64,000 nt of DNA from Candidatus Gastranaerophilales bacterium (lineage in GTDB: Bacteria; Cyanobacteriota; Vampirovibrionia; Gastranaerophilales; Gastranaerophilaceae). Both the position numbers and the translations under genes were made by a program. The stretch lies in contig CALUTN010000183.1 of the NCBI GenBank assembly GCA_944323665.1, forward strand, positions 2,619-66,618, in the 5' to 3' direction. The notes beneath the pieces were generated by a model that was given only the letters and a program-made list of their open reading frames with translations, did no database searches and was not told the DNA's origin. This document shows, one piece after another, positions 12,503 to 21,290 of the stretch (the first letter of the stretch is position 1; every line of letters starts with the position of its first letter).

Positions 12503-12900
12503 TACTTTTTTAAATTTTTAGATTTCTTCTATTCTCTATCCTATTTAAATTTCTAAACTATATTTAACTTTTTACCTTCTTTAGCTGATTTATCTTTTGC
12601 TATCTATTTACATACTTTACATACTCTTCCTCCTACTTCAAAATAGGATACTTCCTGTCCTTCTGGACAAATTCCTTTAAGCTTTTTATAATATGTAAGT
12701 TTAGATCCCAACTATGCTTTTACGCTATTACCTTGCATCATTTGCATAAACTGCTAATATTTAGCTTTTATCCCTTCTTCTCCTAGCTATTCTGCATATG
12801 ATTGTAAATCTTGCTCTGATTGAATCTATACACCTTGAGCAGCAGCATCCTAAACTAAAAACTGTAAAAATGCTTTCTATAATTCTTCCTAATTATTCAT
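12503..12900 (-). CDS. Small Gln-rich TAG-recoded protein (MNNQEELQKAFLQFLVQDAAAQGVQIQSEQDLQSYAEQLG... if TAG=Q)
   Basis: Hand translation. At least 9 in-frame TAGs in Q-rich context. TAA at 12503-12505. Confidence 0.4.
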
Positions 12901-12931
12901 AGTTCCTCCCTATTGTTTTTTCTCTTTCATA

Positions 12932-13147
12932 TCATTCATTTACTAAAATTAAGTCCTTACTATTAAAAACTGCTTCTTGCATTAATCCAGAAGTAGTAAA
13001 CCATCTACATCTCAATCCTTTAAAATTAGGTGAATCTTTAAATAAAGAATTTTCTTTTCTAATTACTAACATAACGGGGGATTGCATTACCCTATTCTAT
13101 CTTAGAGTAACACAATCACCTGGTTTAAAGTATAATTTTTCTTCCAT
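12932..13147 (-). CDS. DUF2158 (YodC)-like small protein with one in-frame TAG
   Basis: MEEKLYFKPGDCVTLR(TAG)NRVMQSPVMLVI...CRWFTTSGLMQEAVFNSKDLILVNE. The pattern resembles the YodC family PGDVV.LKSGGP.MTV...C.WF. TGA stop. Confidence 0.4.
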
Positions 13148-13157
13148 CTTATTTTTT

Positions 13158-13748
13158 CTATTGAAGGTTATTTTTTCTATCTGTTAATTTTTCATTAACT
13201 ACAGCCATTATCCTATTCTCATTAACTACTACAAATCCCAATTTATAAAAAGGAACCATACATTCACTAGCTATAGTATAAAATACTACATCACCTGGTT
13301 TTAAGAATTCACATTTATGACCAACTTCTATAACTGTACCTACTTTTATATATTGTTGTTCTTCCTCTATTTCACCAGTTTCATGTGATTTATATGTTGG
13401 AGTATATCCTCCTAAATCAGTTATAATTCCACTACTAGTAACTTTTACTTTTTGAAAAGGATTTTGATCAAAAGGTTTTATTAAAGCATAGTTAAACATT
13501 GGCATTATTTCTAATCCGTTTATATCTTCTGATAAATCTTTTGCAAAATCTTCCAAAGCTTTATTATGTTTTTCAAATTTATCATTAAATTCATCTATTT
13601 TAGTATTAAACTGCATAGCCTTTTCTCTTTGTAAAGTTTTATCTGCAGTTTCACCATTTATAATAAAGTGTTTACCAGTTCCCTCAATTCCAGTTGTAGC
13701 TAATGCTAGTTTTTCATTACTGCTTAATTCTGTTCTTAATTCTTCCAT
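13158..13748 (-). CDS. Protein with a C-terminal GroES/Cpn10-like domain and an N-terminal coiled coil (standard code)
   Basis: Track ORF. C-terminal pattern IKPFDQ...VKVTSSGIITD...IKVGTVIEVG...LKPGDVVFY...ENRIMAVV resembles GroES. Confidence 0.45.
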   Translation of the reverse strand: MEELRTELSSNEKLALATTGIEGTGKHFIINGETADKTLQREKAMQFNTKIDEFNDKFEKHNKALEDFAKDLSEDINGLEIMPMFNYALIKPFDQNPFQKVKVTSSGIITDLGGYTPTYKSHETGEIEEEQQYIKVGTVIEVGHKCEFLKPGDVVFYTIASECMVPFYKLGFVVVNENRIMAVVNEKLTDRKNNLQ

Positions 13749-13755
13749 AATTCAT

Positions 13756-14001
13756 TTACCATTTACCTAAATCACAATGTTCATCTTTAATTCTTGTTTT
13801 ATTATCTAATATACATCCACATACATCACATACATCTCCAACAAATTTTATATTTATCTTTTTATCACAATTATTACAAATTTCTAATCTTTTAAGATTT
13901 TTATTTTTATTAAGTATATTAAATATTATACTTTTTAGTATAGTTAATGGTTTACTAAAAATAGCTTTAATCCACTTTTTTAATATTTCTACTATTTTCA
14001 T
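13756..14001 (-). CDS. Small zinc-ribbon protein (CNNCDKK...CDVCGC)
   Basis: Track ORF with Cys pairs. Confidence 0.4.
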   Translation of the reverse strand: MKIVEILKKWIKAIFSKPLTILKSIIFNILNKNKNLKRLEICNNCDKKINIKFVGDVCDVCGCILDNKTRIKDEHCDLGKW

Positions 14002-14002
14002 A

Positions 14003-14215
14003 TTACCATTTATTAGCCGGACAATGCTTAGACATATCTGGTATTTTTCTATTTAATAGACATCCACAACCTTTTATAAATCCGTTTTTAGGTTTATCAC
14101 TTACATCATTATTTTTAGGATTTACATATAAACGTCCATTACATAAATTATTTTCTGAATCATATATTCCACAATGATTACATATTGTCTTTCTTTTTTC
14201 TATTTCCTCTTTCAT
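14003..14215 (-). CDS. Small zinc-ribbon protein (CNHCG...CGC...C)
   Basis: Track ORF with Cys pairs. Confidence 0.4.
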   Translation of the reverse strand: MKEEIEKRKTICNHCGIYDSENNLCNGRLYVNPKNNDVSDKPKNGFIKGCGCLLNRKIPDMSKHCPANKW

Positions 14216-14220
14216 AAAAA

Positions 14221-15135
14221 TTAATATTCTATACGTTGACGTTTTTTCTTATTCTCTGATAATATCATTTCCTTTTTATAAAAGGTTAACATTTTAACTA
14301 CTTCATCTTTTAAATATGGAATATGATATACTGTAGTATTATCATTATGGTCTATATGATATATAACTAAATCTTCTATTTCAAATTCTGGATTTATTTT
14401 TTGTATCATCCAAGCATAAGTACTTAATTGTAGACAATAATGATAATAATTAGTATCATCTAAATTGTTTAAAGGATATTTCATCTTAACAGAAGTTTTA
14501 GTTTTACTATTGAAAAAAGATTTAGTTTCAATTTTTTTATTAGTCTTAAAATCTAAAATAACTATTTTATTTCCTTTTTTAACTAATAAATCTATTTGTC
14601 CTGCTAAACAGAGTTTTCCATCTGGACTTATTCTATGAATAAGATACTCTGGATATACAGCTTCTTCTAAATCTAAATCAGTATAGTCTTTTTTACATTC
14701 AAATTTACCACCTATTTCAAATTTAGATAGGTTTATATTTTTCTTCTTTTCATAAAATGAATTTTCAAAATTTGCATGTATTTTTGTACCTCTTTCGCAT
14801 GATAATCTATTTTCTTTATCCCAGGCATCTAATATAGATTGTTGTTCTCTATTAAAATCATTTTCATCTATATTATATAATTCTAGTAAAGATTTATCAA
14901 ATTTCTTAGTATTCAATAAAGACTTTTTTTCAATTGCCCAAGAATCTTTAGATAATAATTTCTCTAGAGCCTTATATGCACTCCAAAACTCTTTATCAAA
15001 AGGTTGTGCAAAAGATTCAATTAAAGTTGTTACAGATATAAATTTTCTGTTGGGATTGGTAACATCAAAGTATTTATGTTCTGATTCTATAAATGCAATG
15101 TTACCATTTTGTTTTGTAATTTTACTTTCTTCCAT
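14221..15135 (-). CDS. YqaJ / lambda-Exo-like PD-(D/E)XK recombination exonuclease (standard code)
   Basis: Track ORF of 304 aa. Nuclease motif GQIDLLVKKGNKIVILDFKT (D...D/E-x-K). N-terminal SVTTLIESFAQPFDKEFWSAY resembles YqaJ. Confidence 0.55.
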   Translation of the reverse strand: MEESKITKQNGNIAFIESEHKYFDVTNPNRKFISVTTLIESFAQPFDKEFWSAYKALEKLLSKDSWAIEKKSLLNTKKFDKSLLELYNIDENDFNREQQSILDAWDKENRLSCERGTKIHANFENSFYEKKKNINLSKFEIGGKFECKKDYTDLDLEEAVYPEYLIHRISPDGKLCLAGQIDLLVKKGNKIVILDFKTNKKIETKSFFNSKTKTSVKMKYPLNNLDDTNYYHYCLQLSTYAWMIQKINPEFEIEDLVIYHIDHNDNTTVYHIPYLKDEVVKMLTFYKKEMILSENKKKRQRIEY

Positions 15136-15258
15136 TAATCATAATCATTTAATCATTTTAATACATTAATCTCTATTTATTTTGAACTATTCAAGTATAT
15201 TAATAATATTTGTAAAATACAAATTAATATTTTATAAGTAATATTTAAAAAATAATTT

Positions 15259-15930
15259 ATGGATAATTTAAAATTAATTGGATGTCAAATTTTAAAAAAT
15301 GGCTCTGGAATTCATATTAAAAAAGAAAACAGAGGCAAATTTACTGCTGCTGCTAAAAGAGCAGGTAAATCAGTACAAGAATATGCTAGATCAGTATTAA
15401 ATAATCCAAATGCCACTCCACTACAAAAAAAGAGGGCTAATTTTGCTCGGAATAGTAAGAAATGGAAACATCAAGAGGGAGGAATACTATAGGCAGCAAC
15501 TGGATTAATTCCTATATATGGAACTTATTTAGATTATAAACAATTTGAAGATAATCCATCATTAAAAAATTTTGGTAATATGGCTTTAAGTGGAATTGGA
15601 GACATTCTATAGTTAACTGGTTTAGGTTATGGACTTGGAACAGCAATTAAGGGACTTAAAGCAGCAAATACTGCTAGAAAAACAGTGAAAACTATACAAG
15701 CTACAAGGATTGCTACCAGATTAGCTAATCAAAAGAAAATGTTAGAAAGGGGAGATATAGGGAAAAAAGCCTTTTAGGGTTGGGTATAGTCTGGAAAGAA
15801 TTTAAAAAGAATTAATGAGAAAGTAGATAAAGCAAATCAATAGAGAAATAGAGCTACTAAGATTTTTGGAATAAGTTTAATTGAACCTTCAATAGAGGGC
15901 TTCTAGATATATAATAATCTTAAAAATTAA
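15259..15930 (+). CDS. TAG-recoded protein (223 aa; at least 5 in-frame TAG) of unknown function, possibly virion-associated
   Basis: Track ORF 15259..15492 ends at a TAG. Hand read-through stays open to the TAA at 15928-15930. Confidence 0.45.
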
Positions 15931-15933
15931 TAT

Positions 15934-16584
15934 ATGCCTTTTAAATCAACTTTGGTAAATTGTAAGTAGTGTGGGAAAGAGTTGCCTCACAATAGAACTT
16001 ATTTTCGCAGAATAGTTACTAACAAAAAAGAACATTATTCAGAAATATGTAAAGAATGTGAAAATGAAAATAAGATAAACTAGGAATGGAAAGATGGAAA
16101 ACTTAGATGTCATATATGTGGATAGTATAAAAATGAAGATTGTTTTCCTATCAGTGATCATTATATATATAGAAATTATAGAGATAGTAGATGTACAAAA
16201 TGTAAAGGAATACAAAATAAGAAAGCAAAAGACAAGTACTCTGATGAAAAAAGATTATAGTATGTATTAAATAGTAGACTATTGGCTGCTAAGAATAGAG
16301 CTTTTTCAAAAGATATTGAATTTCAACTTTCCCTTTAGGATTTGATCAAATTGTGGAATAAGCAGAGCGGAAAATGTGCAATTTCTGGAATACCTATGAC
16401 ATATGAATTAAATTAGGGAAGAGTATTTTCTAATGTAAGTATAGATTAGATTATTCCCGGAAGAGGTTATATTCCAGAAAATATTTAGCTTGTTTGTATG
16501 GCTGTTAATTAGATTAAATCTGATTTTGATATGTAGACAGTTTTGTATATATGTAAACAAATTATTAATAATTATGACACATAA
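15934..16584 (+). CDS. HNH endonuclease with zinc ribbons, TAG-recoded (216 aa; 9 in-frame TAG)
   Basis: Hand translation gives ...CAISGIPMTYELN(TAG)GRVFSNVSID(TAG)IIPGRGYIPENI(TAG)LVCMAVN(TAG)IKSDF..., an HNH-type D-x-IIP...N..L.C...N..K core. TAA stop. Confidence 0.55.
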
Positions 16585-16715
16585 GATAATATAGGATTTT
16601 AGAAAGAATAGGAACGCTGCTAAATGGAAACATGAAGATGGATCTAAGATCCATAAACCTTATGGTCATAGATCAATATTAGATAATGGGTGGGAACCAA
16701 CTAAAAGATTAAAAT

Positions 16716-17216
16716 ATGGAAAATTTGGGTTTATTAAAACTAATTAAATTATTATTTAATTCAAAACCTTCTGAATGTAAACAGATTGAATTATTATCTT
16801 CCAAATATTTACCATTTAAAAATTTTAAATTTATGATGTGGTGTGGTAAAATAATATATAGAAAAGATAAAGAAAATATTGTTTTGAGATATTTAAATAC
16901 CTTTTATGGGGAGAAAAGTAAAAGACATGAATAGTTCCACATAAAATAGGCTAAAGTACATGGAAAAAATTCATGGATTTTTTATTATTTAATGTATATA
17001 AAAGAGTGGCTTAAAGGTATACCATTTTTAAAACCTTTTTATCATGCTTATTATACTATACCTTTTGAAGTAGAGGCTTATGCTTTAGAAAATAATTAGA
17101 ATAGTTTAGATAATTATGATTAGTCTAAATTGAAAAATTTATATACATTAAAAGATAGAAGAAAAACTTATTTAGATAATAAAGATAACTGGAAAAATTA
17201 TGTTAAATAGTTATGA
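16716..17216 (+). CDS. TAG-recoded hypothetical protein (166 aa; 5 in-frame TAG)
   Basis: Track ORF 16716..16934 ends at a TAG. Read-through gives a clean ORF to the TGA at 17214-17216. Confidence 0.45.
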
Positions 17217-17440
17217 ACGATTTTATTAAGTAGATATTTAATTCTCATTCTGGAGTTAGTAGTAAGAGAATATGTGGGGTTATAGGATGGCTAATATGTA
17301 TGGGAGTTTTAATTTATTGTACTATTAATTCTATATAGGCACCCATTATTATGGATACTGTTTTATGGTGCTGTATAGGTTTATTAGGAATAGATTCTGT
17401 AACAGGTATATGGAAAAAATTTGATAAACCAAATAAGTAA
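17213..17440 (+). CDS. Small membrane protein, holin-like, with 2 in-frame TAG
   Basis: MNDFIK(TAG)IFNSHSGVSSKRICGVIGWLICMGVLIYCTINSI(TAG)APIIMDTVLWCCIGLLGIDSVTGIWKKFDKPNK. One or two transmembrane segments. Confidence 0.4.
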
Positions 17441-17444
17441 GATT

Positions 17445-17690
17445 ATGAAAAATATATATAATCAAATTCTTAATTTTATTAATTAGAAAGATAAAATTTA
17501 TCATATATGTGCTAATATTATATTGATATTAATAGGAAATATTATTAATATAGTATTTGGAGTAGTATTAGCTATATTGGCATCTTTAGGAAAAGAAATA
17601 TATGATATGAAAAATAGTTCAGGATTTAGCAAATAGGATTTAGTAGCAGATTTAATAGGAATTATAATTGGAATATTATTAGTGTTATGA
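17445..17690 (+). CDS. Small membrane protein, holin-like, with 2 in-frame TAG
   Basis: MKNIYNQILNFIN(TAG)KDKIYHICANIILILIGNIINIVFGVVLAILASLGKEIYDMKNSSGFSK(TAG)DLVADLIGIIIGILLVL. Two transmembrane segments. Confidence 0.4.
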
Positions 17691-17859
17691 CATACTTAGA
17701 AGCTATTGAATATGCAAAGTAGGGAAAACTTTTGTTATTACCCGGATGGCAAGGTTAGTTTATGTGGGATTATTCCAATAATAAATTGATATTTAAAAAT
17801 GGAGATTATATATTAAATTCTAAATAGCTTTAGTAGTTTAATTTAGATAATAGAAATGA

Positions 17860-18126
17860 TTGGTATTATATAATATGAAAAGAAATAAATATTATAAAGA
17901 TAACAAAGAAATTCTAGAACATAATAAAACTCAATGTTGTATATGTGGAGAATCTGCTAAATGCTGTTTAGAATTTCATCATATAAAAGATAAATTATTT
18001 AATATATCTCAATCTGTAAGTCATCTGCCTACTAGCTTATTTATAAAAGAGATTAATAAATGTATTTGTGTTTGTAAAAATTGTCACAGTAAAATTCATA
18101 ATAATATAATCAAATATGAAAAATAA
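17860..18126 (+). CDS. HNH endonuclease (88 aa, standard code)
   Basis: CCICGES...LEFHHIKDK...CICVCKNCHSKIH. Confidence 0.55.
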   Translation: MVLYNMKRNKYYKDNKEILEHNKTQCCICGESAKCCLEFHHIKDKLFNISQSVSHLPTSLFIKEINKCICVCKNCHSKIHNNIIKYEK

Positions 18127-18134
18127 AAAAAATA

Positions 18135-18168
18135 CCCAGCTGAGATAGATTCTCAGTTGGGTATTTTT
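18135..18168. terminator. Bidirectional rho-independent terminator between convergent genes
   Basis: Hairpin CCCAGCTGAGA-TAGAT-TCTCAGTTGGG followed by a T-run. A-run on the other side. Confidence 0.6.
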
Positions 18169-18460
18169 ATTTAATTATACTACTTTTACAAGGATCTTTT
18201 ACTAATATTCCCATTTCTGTAATATTTTTCCATTTGGGATCATCTTTAAGTTCTATAGAACTAATTGTTTTCCAAGGTGGTAACATAGGATCACTAGTGT
18301 CTGATTTATTCCACCAAAATTTATTTCCAGGAGGATAATTAATCTTACTATAATCGGTTGTTTCTACAATGGCATCTATAATCTCTATTAATTTATCCAA
18401 ATCATACTCTGGAAATTTTTTATGTAAATTAATTAATGTATTTTTAAAGTCAATGGGCAT
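18167..18460 (-). CDS. Hypothetical protein (97 aa)
   Basis: Track ORF with TAA stop. Confidence 0.4.
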   Translation of the reverse strand: MPIDFKNTLINLHKKFPEYDLDKLIEIIDAIVETTDYSKINYPPGNKFWWNKSDTSDPMLPPWKTISSIELKDDPKWKNITEMGILVKDPCKSSIIK

Positions 18461-18577
18461 ATTTAATGTCTTATACTTATTTCATTTAAATTATCTAACC
18501 ATTGAATTACTTCTTGAGAATCTAATAGGTTATTTTTCTCTAAATAAGAATATATAGTATTTAATTCTTTGATTTTA

Positions 18578-18928
18578 TTATTTAATATGTATATCAGTAA
18601 TTCGTTCATAATCTTTATAGTCTTTAATGTAAGAATTTTCTAAATTTGGGTATATACTTGTAATAGTATATCCAGTTTTTGGATTTTTAAAATAATATAA
18701 TTTTATCTCGTTTTCATTTTTCTCAACTTCTGGGTTTATGACTTTATTCCAATGGTTATATCTTTCATCTAATTTTGACATATTATTATCAAATTCCCAT
18801 TCTTCTAATATTTTTATTGGTTGAGATTCTTTCTTTAATTTTTTCTCTATGTTATTAGTTTTACATAGAGTATCATTTTTTAGATAAATTGCTGCTTTCA
18901 TTTTAAAATAATTTTGTAGTCGGGGCAC
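18578..18928 (-). CDS. Hypothetical protein (116 aa). Its 5' end overlaps the 3' end of the suppressor tRNA by about 9 nt.
   Basis: Track ORF with TAA stop. Confidence 0.35.
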   Translation of the reverse strand: MPRLQNYFKMKAAIYLKNDTLCKTNNIEKKLKKESQPIKILEEWEFDNNMSKLDERYNHWNKVINPEVEKNENEIKLYYFKNPKTGYTITSIYPNLENSYIKDYKDYERITDIHIK

Positions 18929-18993
18929 TGGGACTCGAACCCAGAACTTCTGATTTAGAGTCAGACCCGTTGACCAATTACGACCATACCCCA
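18920..18993 (-). tRNA. Amber suppressor tRNA, anticodon CUA (reads UAG), with a tRNA-Gln-like body
   Basis: Hand fold of the minus-strand sequence TGGGGTATGG...TCTGA-CTCTAAA-TCAGA...CTGGG-TTCGAGT-CCCAG-TGCCCCG-A. The acceptor has 7 bp (2 G-U). The T-arm is perfect. The anticodon loop is C-T-CTA-A-A. The 5' UGGGGUAU and the weak 1-72 pair resemble E. coli tRNA-Gln and its supE derivative. Confidence 0.75.
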
Positions 18994-19010
18994 GTATTAT
19001 TTTTCAATTT

Positions 19011-19041
19011 CTTTTTCTTTTTCTTTTTCTTTTTCTTTTTT
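19011..19041. repeat. (CTTTTT)5 hexanucleotide tandem repeat next to the suppressor tRNA
   Basis: Visible directly as ctttttctttttctttttctttttcttttt. Confidence 0.8.
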
Positions 19042-19138
19042 AAGATTTTCTATCTCTTTTCTTAATTTATCATTATCATCTAATATTAATTTAATGTTAT
19101 TACTTAGATTAGCTAACAATATTTTTATTTGTATTATT

Positions 19139-19486
19139 TCATTCACTTATTAAACTATTTAAATATTCTATTTTATCCATAACTGCTGAATATAAAGTAT
19201 CTTTAAATAACTATATTCCTAAATCTATGGTATCTGAATTATTTATATAATTCTCAATTTCTCTTATTTTATCTCTTCCTAATCTTTCACAAACTTCTAC
19301 AAATAAATTATCATCTATTTTTTCTAAAAATTTCGTAAAATTTTCTAGTTTATTATCTTCTTGATACTGTATTTCTATATTTAGAGAATTATCTTTTAAA
19401 TTAACTTTTATTTTTAATCCGTCTTTATTATATTCTCCGTTTTTTATAACAGTTTTAATAAGCTATTCTAACTATTTAGTTTCCAT
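19139..19486 (-). CDS. TAG-recoded hypothetical protein (about 115 aa; 3 in-frame TAG)
   Basis: Hand translation METK(TAG)LE(TAG)LIKTVIKNGEYNKDGLKIKVNL...DLGI(TAG)LFKDTLYSAVMDKIEYLNSLISE. TGA stop. Confidence 0.4.
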
Positions 19487-19786
19487 TTTTTTATATTATT
19501 TTTAAGTTACATACAACTATATAACCGTTTTCGATTATTAAAAGTTAAAAAATTTTAATTGCAAAATCTTAATATAGCTTTAGTAACTAAAATTTGGGTA
19601 CAGGTGCTTTATATAAAATACCCCCTAGGGTGTTTATAATTTCCAAAATTTATATTTTTAATTAATTTCTTAGAGTTTTGAAAAATTGGAGAGTGATTTA
19701 AGAGGCGGTCCGCAACCCCTTTAGTCCCCCCCTGTATATTGATATAAAACTAAAACTATTTATTAATCATTAAAACAATTACAATT

Positions 19787-20227
19787 ATGACATTAGATGA
19801 GTTAAAAAACAAAGAAGTGAGTGCTGAAACCCGTGCAAATGAAGTAGTAAAAAGTTTAGGTTTAAGCGGTAACGAAAGAAGTGTTGTGGCCGGATTAAAT
19901 AAAGGCGACAAATTTAGTATTGTTGCAATGGCAAAAGTAGATTTGCAAAATAATGCAAATAATAACTTTGTTCCAATTGCCTTTACTACAAATACAGGGG
20001 CCTCAATCGGCGCAAAACATTTTGCGGGGGTTGAAATAGATGATAATGCGCCCGCAATTGGCTCTACACCTATAGAAAACGCAAAGTTTTTGGTATGGTG
20101 TATTGACCATAATGTTACTTTTGTTGTAAAAAAGAAAACTACTGAACAAATTGACGCTACAGAAACAAGGCTAGGATATAAGAAAAATACTTACGTTCTG
20201 GACGTAGAGGACTATGACGCCGAGTAA
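19787..20227 (+). CDS. Hypothetical 146-aa protein in a compositionally distinct, GC-richer segment
   Basis: Track ORF. Local GC is clearly above its surroundings. A strong terminator follows. Confidence 0.5.
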   Translation: MTLDELKNKEVSAETRANEVVKSLGLSGNERSVVAGLNKGDKFSIVAMAKVDLQNNANNNFVPIAFTTNTGASIGAKHFAGVEIDDNAPAIGSTPIENAKFLVWCIDHNVTFVVKKKTTEQIDATETRLGYKKNTYVLDVEDYDAE

Positions 20228-20232
20228 GACTA

Positions 20233-20256
20233 GGGGAGATATTCTCCCCTTTTCTT
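20233..20256 (+). terminator. Rho-independent terminator
   Basis: GGGGAGATATTCTCCCC followed by TTTTCTTT. Confidence 0.6.
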
Positions 20257-20479
20257 TATTATTTGATTATCTTTGTAGTAATGAGCACACGAGAAAAGTT
20301 TATAACTAGAAAATTATTGTATAGTTATGGTACTTTTTACGACCCTGAGACTGATGAAAAATTGGACATAATAGCTAATGCAGCTTATCCGAGAATTTCT
20401 TGGGTATATGCTTTAATCTATCAGAAGTCTCCAGAATTCAAACCTATAGTTATTAGATTTGTATTTGTAGATGAATAAA

Positions 20480-21290
20480 CTCTAAGATATTATGAGTGTA
20501 AATAAAATATCCATATGAACTCCATCATTGGAATCTTGGTTAACGGAGAAAACAAAAAACAAAAAAAATTTTCTGAGAATATTTATTAAAGTTTTAGTTT
20601 TTATATCTGACAGTACGGAAAGACGTGCATTAAAATAAAAAATCATATTTGTAGAACTCGAAATATGTGGAATGGGTATAGAATTGGTGCACAAAAGCCA
20701 ACCCCAATTTTCCACATTTTTCAAAAATTAAAAAATTTCCTCTAAGTAGGTATTATATAGTACCAACTTTTTAGGGAATTATTATGACACTAAATTAAAA
20801 TAATAATTAAAATCGCCAGGCTACGCAGATAAGCCTATACCCGAAAATAACTGCTGCTTACAAAATTTTCAGATTTTGAAGCCAGAATCTCACATGAGAT
20901 TTTGTACGAGTAATATGTGTATATTCGCAAACTTAAACACTATATTATGAGGGTTGAGTCTATTTATACTGGTCAAAAATAGACAATATAAAAACTTCCA
21001 GTGAGGAAGTCTGCTAACGTGCCAGGAGACCAATGCACGTTAATTATAAAATTAGAAATTTATGTAAATTAGAAGTTGCCAAGTATAAGCCGCTTGATTG
21101 GTATAAACCGAAGGCTAGATAGTAAGAGAGAAGTTCATAAGACTTCATTTTCCATCTCGAATCTATTCGCAAGTTTATAGATTAGCTACCTATATTCTTA
21201 GTGAACGTTGATAACGTCCTCAGCATGGAAAACTGAGAAATAATCTCCTATCTTATTCTAGATATGTAAGATAGGATTTTCTCTATCAGT
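20480..21290. ncRNA. Candidate large structured non-coding RNA (about 800 nt, ORF-free, GC-enriched)
   Basis: No ORF of 60 aa or more in any frame apart from antisense or AT-junk ORFs. GC is noticeably higher than in flanking intergenic DNA. Short complementary and repeated motifs are present. See the findings. Confidence 0.3.

Noticed and set aside
19011-19041. Tandem repeat that might be mistaken for a CRISPR or mini-array
   Set aside because: It is a simple (CTTTTT)5 microsatellite with no spacers, so it is not CRISPR. On the minus strand it would encode (KE)n.
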